Below are positions 1-9,729 of a DNA stretch of 64,000 nucleotides, in pieces. The notes beneath the pieces are model-generated. The model made no database searches, was not told the DNA's origin, and was given only the letters and a program-made list of their open reading frames with translations. Position 1 is the stretch's first letter; every line of letters begins with the position of its first letter. Source of the stretch: Spirochaetota bacterium (GTDB taxonomy: Bacteria > Spirochaetota > UBA4802 > UBA5550); contig OY760686.1 in the NCBI GenBank assembly GCA_963663865.1, forward strand, positions 1,760,001-1,824,000, read 5' to 3'. Position numbers and translations under genes: made by a program.

Positions 1-1119
1 GCCGTCCATTCTCTCATGCGTGAGCCGCAAAAAATCCTCATAACAATTCTAATAGCCAATCTTTTTGTCAATATTGGAATATCAGCTTTAAGCGCTAAAC
101 TGCTTTTAACACGATGGGTCAACTACGGACATATCATATCAATATTTTTCGTAACTCCAGCTATTATTCTTCTGTGCGAGATTTCTCCAAAGGTTATCGC
201 GATTAGCATTCCCGGGGCATTCGTTAGGAGGGCGTACCCTCTTATTATGTTTTTCCACTGGATGCTCTATCCCATTAGAATAATTATGATGTGTATCGCG
301 AACCTTATCGTCTCAGTGTTCAGGCTTGATTTGAGCCACAGCCGTTTGACAGAAGATGAGCTGGGTCAGGTAATCAGAAAAGGAGCCGAAACCGGAGCGA
401 TTAATCAGGATGAGGGCGAGTTTATAGGGAACATCATAAGGTTCGCAAAAAAGGAGGCCGCGAACATTATGTTTCCCCGCAACCGGGCTGTTATTATTTC
501 CGAGGATGTCAGCCTTGATGAAGCTGTTAAGGTGATGCTCGAAAACGATATTGTGAGGGTGCCAGTATACCGCGAAGACCTCGACCACATTTCCGGATTC
601 GTGGATTCAAAGGACTTGATGCCGTACTATCTGGGATACAAGAGCTCAAAGAGCATAGGCAGATTTATCAGGCCCATTGAATTTTTCCCCTCAACCAGGG
701 AGCTTAATGACCTGCTGAATGATTTTCTTGAAAAAAGAATTCAGATGGCCGTAATAGTCGATGAATACGGTGGTACAGCTGGAATTGTTACTCTTAACAG
801 GATACTTTCCGAGCTGATGGGCAAGGACTTCAACAAGTGGGAGGTCAACGTTAAACCGGAGATAAGGCGCATATCAAAATCAGCTGCGGTGGTTTCAGCT
901 GCGATGCAGATAACTGATTTTAATTACCGCTTTGATGAACGCATTGATTCGAACCAGTCCGATACAGTCGGGGGCTATCTAATTGAAAAGCTTGGCCATT
1001 TACCCGGAAGGGGTGAACAGGTCGAGACTGAAAGACTCATCCTGAGAGTCAGGTATATCAGAAAAAACAGAATTGAATCGGTAGATGTAATAAAAAAGGA
1101 GGGTAACGGCGGTGACTGA
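1..1119 (+). CDS. Hemolysin/CNNM (DUF21)-CBS-CorC family Mg2+/Co2+ transporter, 5'-partial
   Basis: Frame is open from position 1, so the true start lies upstream of the window. TM segments with 'ILIANLFVNI' and 'CEISPK'. CBS pair 'RVPVY' and 'VIVDEYGGTAGIVT'. CorC_HlyC tail 'DTVGGYLIEKLGHLP'. Confidence 0.88.
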   Translation, partial: AVHSLMREPQKILITILIANLFVNIGISALSAKLLLTRWVNYGHIISIFFVTPAIILLCEISPKVIAISIPGAFVRRAYPLIMFFHWMLYPIRIIMMCIANLIVSVFRLDLSHSRLTEDELGQVIRKGAETGAINQDEGEFIGNIIRFAKKEAANIMFPRNRAVIISEDVSLDEAVKVMLENDIVRVPVYREDLDHISGFVDSKDLMPYYLGYKSSKSIGRFIRPIEFFPSTRELNDLLNDFLEKRIQMAVIVDEYGGTAGIVTLNRILSELMGKDFNKWEVNVKPEIRRISKSAAVVSAAMQITDFNYRFDERIDSNQSDTVGGYLIEKLGHLPGRGEQVETERLILRVRYIRKNRIESVDVIKKEGNGGD

Positions 1120-2389
1120 ATGTAACTATTTCTATGAAGTCTCTATTTTTGTGTTTCTGTTGTTGTCCGCTTTTTTTTCCGGCGCAGAAACCGCTCTTGT
1201 GAGCGCCAGACGGGAAACAATTGAGGTCTCAGCCAGGAGGGGCTCCGGGTCAGCAAAAAAGGCCCTTGTTCTTCTCGATAACATAGAGGAGTCAATCAGT
1301 ATGATTCTGCTTGGCAATAATATTGCCAATGTCGCAGCGTCGGCATTTATCACATACCTGGCGGCAAAGGCCTATATGCTGAGCGACCGTAATCTGTTTT
1401 ATGTGACAGCAGTACAGACCGCAGTGTTTCTGATATTCGGAGAGATTACACCAAAGCTGATAAACAAGGCTAAGGGAGAAGGCTTTCTGCTTCTTTTCGC
1501 GGTGCCCCTCAATTTCATGAGGCTTGCGGCCAGGCCGTTTTCCAGGTTTTCTCTCGGTTTCACAGGAATAATGAAGTCAATGCTCAGGGTCGCTAAAAAA
1601 CAGGCAGGTGTCTCAGTATCAAGAGATGAGATAAGGTTGCTTTTCACTATTGGAGAGGAGGAGGGCCTTATTGAGGAAGAACACAGAATGTACGTTTCAG
1701 AAATACTGCAGTTTCGTCTGAAGACAGTACAGCAGATCATGGTTCCAATAGTGGATATTACTTCTGTGGAGATAAACTCAAGCCTGAAAAAACTTTGTTC
1801 GTTGATTGAGGAGACCAGGTATTCAAGGATACCCGTTTACGAAAGACGGGTCGACAATATTGTGGGGTATGTCTTTTACAGAGATATTCTTCGAAGTAGA
1901 GGTGAGTCAACCGTCAGGGAATTGATGAATGAGATACAGTATGTGCCGGAGACAAAGAATGTTTTTGAGCTTTTCATTGAGATGCAGGAGAATAGCCTTC
2001 CGGTGGTTTTCGTTGTAAATGAATACGGCGGTATTACCGGCATGGTGACACATGAGGATATAGCCGAGGAGGTTGTAGGTGAAATACAGTCCAACGATCA
2101 CAATGAGGAAGATCTCATAATCAAAACGGGAACTAATGAGTATACTGTCTCAGGTTATATCGACATAGAACATCTTCAAAAGGTATTTCCAGTTCAGATT
2201 CAGAAGAAGGGCTTTGAAACCCTTGCCGGTTTTCTTGAATACCACTTCGGTAAAATTCCAAGAAAGGGCGAGAAGCTTGTGCTTAACCGGGTTCAATTCA
2301 TTGTTGATGAATCCGACAGCCGCTCAATTGACCGGGTTGTAGTTAAGCTGCCCGCCCGATACAGAAACAAGGCCTCATCTGAAAAGTAG
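1112..2389 (+). CDS. Hemolysin/CNNM (DUF21)-CBS-CorC family protein, tandem paralog
   Basis: 'LSAFFSGAETALVS', 'LLGNNIANV', 'FGEITPK', 'YSRIPVY', 'VVNEYGGITGMVTHEDIAEEVVGEI', 'ETLAGF'. GTG start overlaps the previous stop. Confidence 0.92.
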   Translation: MTECNYFYEVSIFVFLLLSAFFSGAETALVSARRETIEVSARRGSGSAKKALVLLDNIEESISMILLGNNIANVAASAFITYLAAKAYMLSDRNLFYVTAVQTAVFLIFGEITPKLINKAKGEGFLLLFAVPLNFMRLAARPFSRFSLGFTGIMKSMLRVAKKQAGVSVSRDEIRLLFTIGEEEGLIEEEHRMYVSEILQFRLKTVQQIMVPIVDITSVEINSSLKKLCSLIEETRYSRIPVYERRVDNIVGYVFYRDILRSRGESTVRELMNEIQYVPETKNVFELFIEMQENSLPVVFVVNEYGGITGMVTHEDIAEEVVGEIQSNDHNEEDLIIKTGTNEYTVSGYIDIEHLQKVFPVQIQKKGFETLAGFLEYHFGKIPRKGEKLVLNRVQFIVDESDSRSIDRVVVKLPARYRNKASSEK

Positions 2390-2419
2390 ACAGCCTGAAG
2401 CCTGCTTGAGAAGTGAGTT

Positions 2420-2767
2420 TTAAAACTCGTCCATCTTCAATCCGAGATGAGTTCCGCCGAGAACATGAATGTGAAGATGAAAGACCTCCTGTCCGGCATC
2501 AGGCCCGTTATTCACGACAACTCTGTAGCCGCTTTCTTTTATGCCCTTGATTTCTGCAACCCTTGCAGCCGCGAGAAAAATATCGCCGAGAACCTTTGAG
2601 CTGTTAATATCAAGGGAATTAATATCGGGTATATGTTTTTTGGGAATTATCAGAACGTGCACCGGAGCTTTCGGGTTAATGTCGTCAAAAGCGAAAACGC
2701 TGTCGTTCTCATAGACCTTCGAAGAGGGTATTTCTCCGTTAATAATGCTGCAGAATATACAGTCCAT
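2420..2767 (-). CDS. hinT: Histidine triad (HIT) nucleotide-binding protein, HinT-like
   Basis: 'DCIFCSII', 'DINPKAPVHVLIIPKKHI', triad 'GQEVFHLHIHVLGG'. GGAGG RBS upstream. Confidence 0.93.
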   Translation of the reverse strand: MDCIFCSIINGEIPSSKVYENDSVFAFDDINPKAPVHVLIIPKKHIPDINSLDINSSKVLGDIFLAAARVAEIKGIKESGYRVVVNNGPDAGQEVFHLHIHVLGGTHLGLKMDEF

Positions 2768-2966
2768 TTTTATCCTCCATTATAACTCGTATAGTCTCTT
2801 GTATTTTATTCTTGTATAATGGTCAAGTATTTTGAAGAAAGGAATAGTAAGATATGAGCGATAGACAATATTGTACTTGCTGAATCAAAAAGTGACTGGA
2901 CCACGCGTTTATTAGTCAGGCAAATAGTTACGGCAAGATATTCCTCCAAAAAAAGAAGAATGAATT

Positions 2967-4091
2967 ATGATGAAAAAAATTGATAATATCAGAGCTGTCC
3001 TCTATCCGGAAAATGAATCTGCAAACGAAATGGTACAGCGGTTCACGTCTCTTGAAGGAAAGATCGTAATCCCGTACAGGGATGAAACAGAGCTTGGCGT
3101 CCTTATGAAAACGCTTTCCGGCCAGGGATATGCTTCAAAGGAGGTGCTCATCCTCAAAAATTTTATGGGGAGAACCTATCAGAAATGCCCCGGTTCGAAA
3201 AATGTAGTTTGCTGTAATTACAGGCTTTTAAATACCGCATTTGGCTGTCTATATAACTGCACATACTGTTTTTTAAACACCTACCTCAACTCCTATGGTA
3301 TTACTCAGTTTATTAATCTCGAAGATATTGGAAAGGAAATGCTTGAGAATAGTCCCGCGGAAAAGGGTAAAATACTGAGGATAGGGACTGGGGAGTTTAC
3401 CGATTCGCTCATGTTTGATTCAACAACGGGCCTTGGCGAAAAGCTTATCCGTGATGTATCCACCAGGAAAGATATTATGCTCGAGTTTAAGACAAAATCT
3501 TCAAATGTAGGCCATCTGTGCGCTATTGAGAACAAAGGCAGCGCCGTTATGGCATGGACACTTAACACCGAGAAGAATATCTCAAAGTGGGAACAGGACA
3601 CCGCGTCGCTTGAAGAGAGGCTTGATGCCGCCTCTGAGGCTGCGAGGGCGGGTTTTTTTACCGCATTTCATTTTGATCCAGTCATACTCTATGACGGTTG
3701 TGCCGATGATTACAACTCGGTTATTGACCTGCTTTTCAGAAAAGTTCCTGCTGAGACCATCGTATGGATTTCAATCGGCGGTTTCAGGTACACACCCGGT
3801 TATCCGGATGCGATACGCATGGCCTTCCCGGAAGAGAGTCTCACGTCGGCGGAGATGTTTCCGGGTGTCGACGGGAAGTACAGATATATAAGAAGCGTCA
3901 GGGAGAACATCTATTCATCGATATTCAGACGCATCAGGCAGTATTCGGATAAGCCCTTTGTTTATCTGTGCATGGAGACCCGGCAGGTGTGGTGCAACTC
4001 ATTTGGGATTGGCTATGAAAGCTCGGGAGAGCTTGAAAACGCGATGAGTTCACATATTATTAAGCACTTTTTTAAATCAACCCGCAAATAA
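2967..4091 (+). CDS. Spore photoproduct lyase-like radical SAM protein
   Basis: CxxxCxxC 'GCLYNCTYCFL', plus 'RIGTGEFTDSL', 'LEFKTKS', 'FHFDPVI', 'DGKYRY' and 'VYLCME', all typical of the SplB-like family. Confidence 0.8.
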   Translation: MMKKIDNIRAVLYPENESANEMVQRFTSLEGKIVIPYRDETELGVLMKTLSGQGYASKEVLILKNFMGRTYQKCPGSKNVVCCNYRLLNTAFGCLYNCTYCFLNTYLNSYGITQFINLEDIGKEMLENSPAEKGKILRIGTGEFTDSLMFDSTTGLGEKLIRDVSTRKDIMLEFKTKSSNVGHLCAIENKGSAVMAWTLNTEKNISKWEQDTASLEERLDAASEAARAGFFTAFHFDPVILYDGCADDYNSVIDLLFRKVPAETIVWISIGGFRYTPGYPDAIRMAFPEESLTSAEMFPGVDGKYRYIRSVRENIYSSIFRRIRQYSDKPFVYLCMETRQVWCNSFGIGYESSGELENAMSSHIIKHFFKSTRK

Positions 4092-4176
4092 CCTTGAATA
4101 ATATTCTTGACCGCCCTGACATGACTGTAATGATGTACAGTCATATTCGGAAATATCCGACAAACGGAGAGGTAGT

Positions 4177-5292
4177 TTGGACGAGAAGGAATACAGAGAA
4201 GCAAGAAGAAGACTGGAAACACTTTTAAGTGATATCCAAACGATGCATGTTACAATTGGATCCGAGAATGACAGGATAGAGCTTTCGCGTCTTGAAGCGG
4301 AAACGATGAGAGACGGCTTCTGGAATGACAAGGACAGGTTTGCTGAGGTAAACAAAAAGATTACAGAGATAAAACGTAAAATTATTCCCTGGGATGATAT
4401 CCTCAGAGAGGTTAAAGAGGCTTCAGAGCTTCTTGGAATCGCTGTTGAGGAGTCTGATGAGGCGCTTGCCAATGAGATGGTTTCCGGCATTGAGGGCCTT
4501 GAGCGCAGGTTTGAAGAGCTCGAGACCAGAGAGCTTATGTCGGACGAAGATGATCCAAAAAACGCTTATATAACAATACATCCCGGCGCAGGCGGAACTG
4601 AATCGCAGGACTGGGCGAGCATGTTGTTCAGAATGTATTTCAGGTGGGCAGAGTCGTACGGCTTTAAAGTTGATGTGCTCGACTACACTCCCGGCGAGGA
4701 AGCAGGCATAAAGAGCGCAACGCTTCACGTGAAGGGCGACTACGCTTACGGATATCTCAAAGCGGAGAATGGCGTTCACAGGCTTGTCCGTATTTCCCCG
4801 TTTGACGCGAACAAGAGAAGGCATACATCATTCGCTTCAGTAGAAAGCGTTCCGGAAATAGATGAGGATGTCGAAGTCGAAATAAATGAATCGGATTTGA
4901 GAATTGATACCTACAGAGCTACCGGCGCCGGAGGTCAGCATATAAACACGACTGATTCCGCGGTCAGGATAACTCATAATCCAACTGGAATAGTTGTACA
5001 GTGCCAGAACGAGAGGTCTCAGCACAAGAACAAGGCATTTGCCATGAAGCTTCTGAAAACAAAGCTCTATGAACTGCAGAAGGAACAGGCTGCGGAAAAA
5101 CTCCAGGACCGCATTGGAGAGCGGAAGGAAATATCCTGGGGCAATCAGATAAGGTCATACGTTTTTCAGCCCTATACGCTCGTAAAAGACCACCGGACAG
5201 GACATGAAACCGGTACGGTGGAGAAGGTCTTCGACGGCGATATCGGCATGTTTATCCATTCATATTTAAAGATGCTGAAATCAAATGTTTAA
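4177..5292 (+). CDS. prfB: Peptide chain release factor 2
   Basis: SPF motif 'RISPFDANKRRHTSF', GGQ in 'GAGGQHINTTDSAVRITH', 'WGNQIRSYV'. GGAGAGG RBS before a TTG start. Single uninterrupted frame. Confidence 0.97.
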   Translation: MDEKEYREARRRLETLLSDIQTMHVTIGSENDRIELSRLEAETMRDGFWNDKDRFAEVNKKITEIKRKIIPWDDILREVKEASELLGIAVEESDEALANEMVSGIEGLERRFEELETRELMSDEDDPKNAYITIHPGAGGTESQDWASMLFRMYFRWAESYGFKVDVLDYTPGEEAGIKSATLHVKGDYAYGYLKAENGVHRLVRISPFDANKRRHTSFASVESVPEIDEDVEVEINESDLRIDTYRATGAGGQHINTTDSAVRITHNPTGIVVQCQNERSQHKNKAFAMKLLKTKLYELQKEQAAEKLQDRIGERKEISWGNQIRSYVFQPYTLVKDHRTGHETGTVEKVFDGDIGMFIHSYLKMLKSNV

Positions 5293-5322
5293 GGGTAAAG
5301 CGGATTAAACAGGTCATCGGAA

Positions 5323-6231
5323 ATGAAATTCAAATCTGAAAAGCTCAAAAACTTCCAGATACCGGAATTGTCTCAGATGCTGGACAGCGAGCTGTCGGAG
5401 ATAGAGATCGGCGATGTTCTCGGGAATATAGCGCGTACCCGAAGGAACAGCTTCCTGGGCAGGTTCAGCAAATCAGACCTCTTCGAAATACTCAAAGAGG
5501 CAGGCGTTCTTGATGAGCTGAGAAAGGACGGATTTGAAGATTTCAGCATTGCTGTAGAAATTGATGATACCATGGTGAGCTACATGAAGCTCTACTCCGG
5601 TGGAGAGTCGCCGGCAAATCTTCTCATTGACCTTCGTTTGACTGAAAACAAGTTCATTCCGGAAAAGAGGTATTTCCCGCTCGATTTTGAGATTCCTACA
5701 TACGATATGATATTCATAGAATGGCTTTCGCTGCAGAACCCCCGGAAGGGGTTCGCCGGAAATAAGCCGCAGCTTCCCGGACAGATGAAACCCGGACTCG
5801 GGCTTTTGAAAAACTGTTTTAATATGATGTACATAGTGGGAAAGGAGATCACAAAGGACGGGTTCATGGATATCCCTGACCACTTTCACGGCGCGGTGAT
5901 GTATTCCAGGAAGTTCAAGTTCTTCAACCCGGCCCAGGAGGGAATCCTGCATGCCATGCTTCGCGATTTAAGAAAGTATTCATTTTACGATATCACCTGG
6001 GGCATGCTGACTGAAACGGTTATTGATACCTATAAAAACAAGCCTCAAAAGTATGAGCCGTCCGAGCAGATTTTCCAGGTTTCACCCCGAATGAAAAAGT
6101 ACTACACATCGATTGCTTATAAAACCGTTTATCTTCGCTACTATCACAGAAAGAAGTTCAAACTGGACTACGATGAAATGGTAAAGAGGCGGGGGGAGAT
6201 TCTCAAGTCAAGGAGTATTGAGGAGCTTTAA
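5323..6231 (+). CDS. Conserved hypothetical protein, possibly GNAT-like or deacetylase-associated domain
   Basis: 302-aa ORF just after prfB, with a conserved-looking block 'IEWLSLQNP...PQLPGQMKPGLG...DGFMDIPDHFH...FFNPAQEG'. Function is inferred only. Confidence 0.6.
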   Translation: MKFKSEKLKNFQIPELSQMLDSELSEIEIGDVLGNIARTRRNSFLGRFSKSDLFEILKEAGVLDELRKDGFEDFSIAVEIDDTMVSYMKLYSGGESPANLLIDLRLTENKFIPEKRYFPLDFEIPTYDMIFIEWLSLQNPRKGFAGNKPQLPGQMKPGLGLLKNCFNMMYIVGKEITKDGFMDIPDHFHGAVMYSRKFKFFNPAQEGILHAMLRDLRKYSFYDITWGMLTETVIDTYKNKPQKYEPSEQIFQVSPRMKKYYTSIAYKTVYLRYYHRKKFKLDYDEMVKRRGEILKSRSIEEL

Positions 6232-6695
6232 TCTTCATGAGCCCCTGATTGAAGCTCTCTGAGCACCCGTCTTGTCGATTCAATATCCTCAATGTCTTCG
6301 CTGATGTTTTCAAGCTGCGCGGATAGCGCCTTCAACAGTTCAGAGCGGGTTTCGTTCATTTCGGTGCATGCACTGTGACATAGGTTTGAAGCGGCCGATA
6401 AGTCTGTGAAGAAAACTTCAGTGGATGAGGCAATGAGATCATCAAGGTCCTTTCTGCTCAGCCCTGTTACTGCGGAAAGCCTGTCAAAGCTCTCCGCGAT
6501 GGCAAAAGTGACGGCATCAACCTCGGACATAAGGCCTGATGCCATGTCTATTGTTTCAAGAAGGATGTCGGTATCTGCGCTGCATGAGCTTCGCAGCAAG
6601 CTGGAATCAAGCTGAGTTATTCTTCTGTAAAGGGCGGCTCTTTCGTCGAGAAGACGGGTGAGTGAGGTAAGCAGCTCACGGACATCATCCCTCAA
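6228..6695 (-). CDS. FlgN-like helical flagellar export chaperone (putative)
   Basis: All-helical heptad-rich protein directly after fliS. Likely start is TTG 6695, overlapping the fliS end; the track's 6839 start overlaps fliS by 155 nt. Confidence 0.5.
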   Translation of the reverse strand: MRDDVRELLTSLTRLLDERAALYRRITQLDSSLLRSSCSADTDILLETIDMASGLMSEVDAVTFAIAESFDRLSAVTGLSRKDLDDLIASSTEVFFTDLSAASNLCHSACTEMNETRSELLKALSAQLENISEDIEDIESTRRVLRELQSGAHED

Positions 6696-7122
6696 CGCTG
6701 AAACTGCCCTTGGACGCGCTTCCCGTCTGGTCGGACCTGGCTTCATTGGCAGAAATCTTATCCCATGCGTCTCTGAGCGTCTTGAGATTGTCGAGAACAG
6801 GCTTGAGCAATTCCCTGTCCTTTTTAATGTTGGCCTCAAGCAACTGTTTCTTGAAATAGAGGTACAGGTTAAACAGGTTGCCGGATATCTCCCCGCCTTC
6901 TTTCATGTTGAGTGAAAGTAGCAGTTCGGTGATGATGTCCTGGGCTTTGATAATGTTTGTGTTCGCTACATCGTATGTTTTTGCGCTGTCCAGGTTTTCC
7001 ATGGCAATGTTAAGGAATTTTATTGCGCCATCGTAGAGCATAACGATGAGTTTACCCTGATTGGCGGTTGCAATTTTTGTTTCTTTGTACTGGTTAAAAG
7101 GATTATTCCCCGTCAGGGCCAT
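6685..7122 (-). CDS. fliS: Flagellin export chaperone FliS
   Basis: 'YKETKIATANQGKLIVMLYDGAIKFL', 'KAQDIITELLLSLN', 'NLFNLYLY', 'LRDAWDKI'. AGGAG RBS. Confidence 0.95.
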   Translation of the reverse strand: MALTGNNPFNQYKETKIATANQGKLIVMLYDGAIKFLNIAMENLDSAKTYDVANTNIIKAQDIITELLLSLNMKEGGEISGNLFNLYLYFKKQLLEANIKKDRELLKPVLDNLKTLRDAWDKISANEARSDQTGSASKGSFSVEG

Positions 7123-7170
7123 ATAACGATCTCCTGGATTGAATGAGTATTCTCAGTTAATATAACAATA

Positions 7171-7198
7171 TTATCGTATATATTGTCAGGCTACTTTA
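7171..7198 (-). promoter_or_regulatory. Sigma-28 (FliA)-like promoter of fliS
   Basis: Minus strand reads TAAA-N16-TACGATAA versus consensus TAAA-N15/16-GCCGATAA, about 50 nt upstream of fliS. Confidence 0.6.
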
Positions 7199-7204
7199 CC
7201 TATT

Positions 7205-7237
7205 TAAACCGGCCGCTGCGGCAAATGCGGCCGGCTG
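7205..7237 (-). terminator. Probable intrinsic terminator after purC
   Basis: Inverted repeat CCGGCCGC...GCGGCCGG followed by TTTAAAT on the minus strand, right after the purC stop. Confidence 0.55.
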
Positions 7238-7242
7238 TAAAA

Positions 7243-8127
7243 TCAGGATCCGATTGACTCAACCCTTTCAAGGATTTCCCTGTACTTCGAAAGGGTTTTC
7301 TCTATTACTTCCTCGGGAAGGGGAGGCGCAGCGGAGTTCTTGTCCCACTCCGTAGAATCCATGTAGTCGCGAATGAACTGTTTGTCGTAGCTGACAGGCG
7401 ATGAACCCGGGCTGTAAGCGGCCTTTTCCCAGAACCGGGAGCTGTCGGGAGTAAGCGCTTCATCTATCAGTATTATCTCGCCGTTTTTTATGCCGAATTC
7501 GAACTTGGTGTCAGCCAGAATAATTCCCAGAGGATCCATTTTGTCTCTCGCGAATTCGTAGAGCTTGAGTGTCAGCTCTTTAATCTGAAGAGCCATATCC
7601 TCCCCGAGATCTTTAATCATATGGTCAATGGATATGTTTTCGTCATGTCCGGAGTCAGCTTTGGTCGCTGGTGTAAAAATTGGGCTTTCGAGCCTGTCAG
7701 CGAGCTTCAAGCCCTCAGGAAGCCTTATTCCGCAGATTGATCCGGTATTCTGGTAGTCCTTCCAGCCTGAGCCGATGATGTAGCCGCGGGCCACGCATTC
7801 AAAGTCAATGCGTCTGGTGAGATGCACCAGTACAGATCTGTCCTGAAGAAGTTCAGGAAAATCGCAGAATGGTTTGGGAAATGATCGGACGTCGGTTTCA
7901 ACAACGTGATTTTTAATGAAATCGATATTTTTAAACCAGACGTTGGATATGCGGTTCAGAATGACGCCCTTGCCCGGTATTCCGTTCGGGAACACGTGAT
8001 CAAAAGCTGATACTCTGTCGGTTGAAACAATTAGAAGATGTTCATCGTCAACTTTGTAAAGGTCGCGGACCTTGCCGCTGTAAAATTTCTCAACACCGGG
8101 AATTTCTATGCTGGTCAGCGCTTTCAT
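7243..8127 (-). CDS. purC: SAICAR synthetase
   Basis: 'YSGKVRDLY', 'TDRVSAFD', 'ECVARGY', 'FTPATKA', 'ADTKFEFG', 'DEALTPDSSRFW', 'YDKQFIRDY'. Confidence 0.96.
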   Translation of the reverse strand: MKALTSIEIPGVEKFYSGKVRDLYKVDDEHLLIVSTDRVSAFDHVFPNGIPGKGVILNRISNVWFKNIDFIKNHVVETDVRSFPKPFCDFPELLQDRSVLVHLTRRIDFECVARGYIIGSGWKDYQNTGSICGIRLPEGLKLADRLESPIFTPATKADSGHDENISIDHMIKDLGEDMALQIKELTLKLYEFARDKMDPLGIILADTKFEFGIKNGEIILIDEALTPDSSRFWEKAAYSPGSSPVSYDKQFIRDYMDSTEWDKNSAAPPLPEEVIEKTLSKYREILERVESIGS

Positions 8128-8140
8128 GTACTGGCCTCCA

Positions 8141-9583
8141 TTATAATGATTTTAATTTTTCAGCCATGAGGCTGTTTACTATCTGCGGGTTAGCCTTGCC
8201 GCGGCTCTCTTTCATAACCTGTCCGACGAGGAAGCCTATTGCCTTTTTCTTGCCGTTTTTATAGTCCTGAACCGAGGCAGGATTGGCCTCGATTATTTTC
8301 ATGATGAGTTCTTCTATCTCACCGCTGTCGGTTACCTGTTTAAGGCCTTTTTCTTCGACGATGGAAGGGGCTTTTTTGCCCGTTTCGCACATCTCATTGA
8401 ATACCTGTTTGGCTGTTTTGCCGTTGATTGTGTTGTTGTCGATGAGAATAAGGAGTTCCGCGAGTGAGGCTGCTGAGACGTTAAATTCAGTGACAGCATC
8501 TGCATCAGGGATTCTGGCAAGAAGTTCGCTCAGTATCCAGTTCGCGCTTCTTTTGGGAGCGGCTCCCGCGCTGATACATTCTTCGTAATAATCAGCCAGC
8601 TGTCTTGATGATATGAGGATGTCGGCGTCAGCCTCGGGAAGGGCGTACTGCTCAATAAAGCGTGCTTTTCTTGGTGCCGGCAGCTCCGGAAGTGAAGCAC
8701 GAATCTCCTCTATGAAATCTCCGGTAATTACAACCGGGGGCAGGTCCGGGTCGGGGAAATAGCGGTAATCATGAGCGTTCTCCTTTGAACGCATGCTGTA
8801 CGTTACCATGCTGTCAGCATCCCACAGCCGGGTCTCCTGAACGATATCAGCTTTGCGGTCGGATTCTGCAAGGTCTGTCTGCCGCTCTATTTCGTAGTTG
8901 ATTGCGGATCTTACGGCCTTAAAGGAATTGAGGTTTTTTATTTCAACCTTTTCACCCAGCTTTTCGTCACCGAATTCTCTTATGGAGATGTTGACGTCGC
9001 ATCTGAGGCTGCCTTCCTCCATATTGACGTCGGAGACACCGATGTACTTCATTGTGGTCTTGAGGCTCTGCAGATATTCATAGGCCTCGTCGGCCGATCT
9101 CATGTCGGGTTCGGAAACTATCTCAGCAAGGGGAACCCCGGCCCTGTTCAGGTCAACGTAGGATTCGTTTCGGCCGGCAATCTCGGAGTGAATAAGCTTT
9201 CCCGCGTCCTCTTCGAGGTGAATTCTTGTCAGAGCGATTTGTCTGGATCCATCTTTTGTGGAAATATCAACATGGCCTCCCTCGCAGACCGGCCTGTCGT
9301 ATTGTGAAATCTGATAGGCTTTGGGCAGGTCGGGATAGAAGTAGTTCTTGCGGTCAAACTTGCTGTATTCTGCTATTTTAGAGTTGAGCGCTAGTCCGGC
9401 AAGAACAATCTTTTTCAGAGCATCTCTGTTCAGCACAGGAAGTACGCCGGGTTGCCCCTGGCAGACGGGGCATGTATGGGTGTTAGGTTCGCCGCCGAAT
9501 GTTGTAGGGCATGAACAGAATATCTTTGACGCTGTATTGAGCTGAACATGGACCTCGAGGCCTATAACAGATTCATATTTCAT
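8141..9583 (-). CDS. gatB: Asp/Glu-tRNA amidotransferase subunit B
   Basis: 'IGLEVHVQLNT', 'RKNYFYPDLPKAYQISQY', 'HLEEDAGK', 'DLNRAGVPL', 'EEGSLRCDVNIS', 'DYRYFPDPDL'. Confidence 0.98.
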   Translation of the reverse strand: MKYESVIGLEVHVQLNTASKIFCSCPTTFGGEPNTHTCPVCQGQPGVLPVLNRDALKKIVLAGLALNSKIAEYSKFDRKNYFYPDLPKAYQISQYDRPVCEGGHVDISTKDGSRQIALTRIHLEEDAGKLIHSEIAGRNESYVDLNRAGVPLAEIVSEPDMRSADEAYEYLQSLKTTMKYIGVSDVNMEEGSLRCDVNISIREFGDEKLGEKVEIKNLNSFKAVRSAINYEIERQTDLAESDRKADIVQETRLWDADSMVTYSMRSKENAHDYRYFPDPDLPPVVITGDFIEEIRASLPELPAPRKARFIEQYALPEADADILISSRQLADYYEECISAGAAPKRSANWILSELLARIPDADAVTEFNVSAASLAELLILIDNNTINGKTAKQVFNEMCETGKKAPSIVEEKGLKQVTDSGEIEELIMKIIEANPASVQDYKNGKKKAIGFLVGQVMKESRGKANPQIVNSLMAEKLKSL

Positions 9584-9729
9584 TTTTTCCTCGTTTTGTT
9601 GTTGAAAATGCCGGGGCTGCTAAGAGAATAATTCAACAGCGGTGGCCCTTATCTTATTAGGATCAATTTGTTGGCGTTTTTTGTCAACAAAAATGGGCAA
9701 CAGTTGGAATATAACAAATCTATGTCTTT

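Noticed and set aside
6696-6839. Long N-terminal extension of the ORF after fliS
   Set aside because: It lies inside fliS in another frame. TTG 6695 at the fliS end is more plausible.
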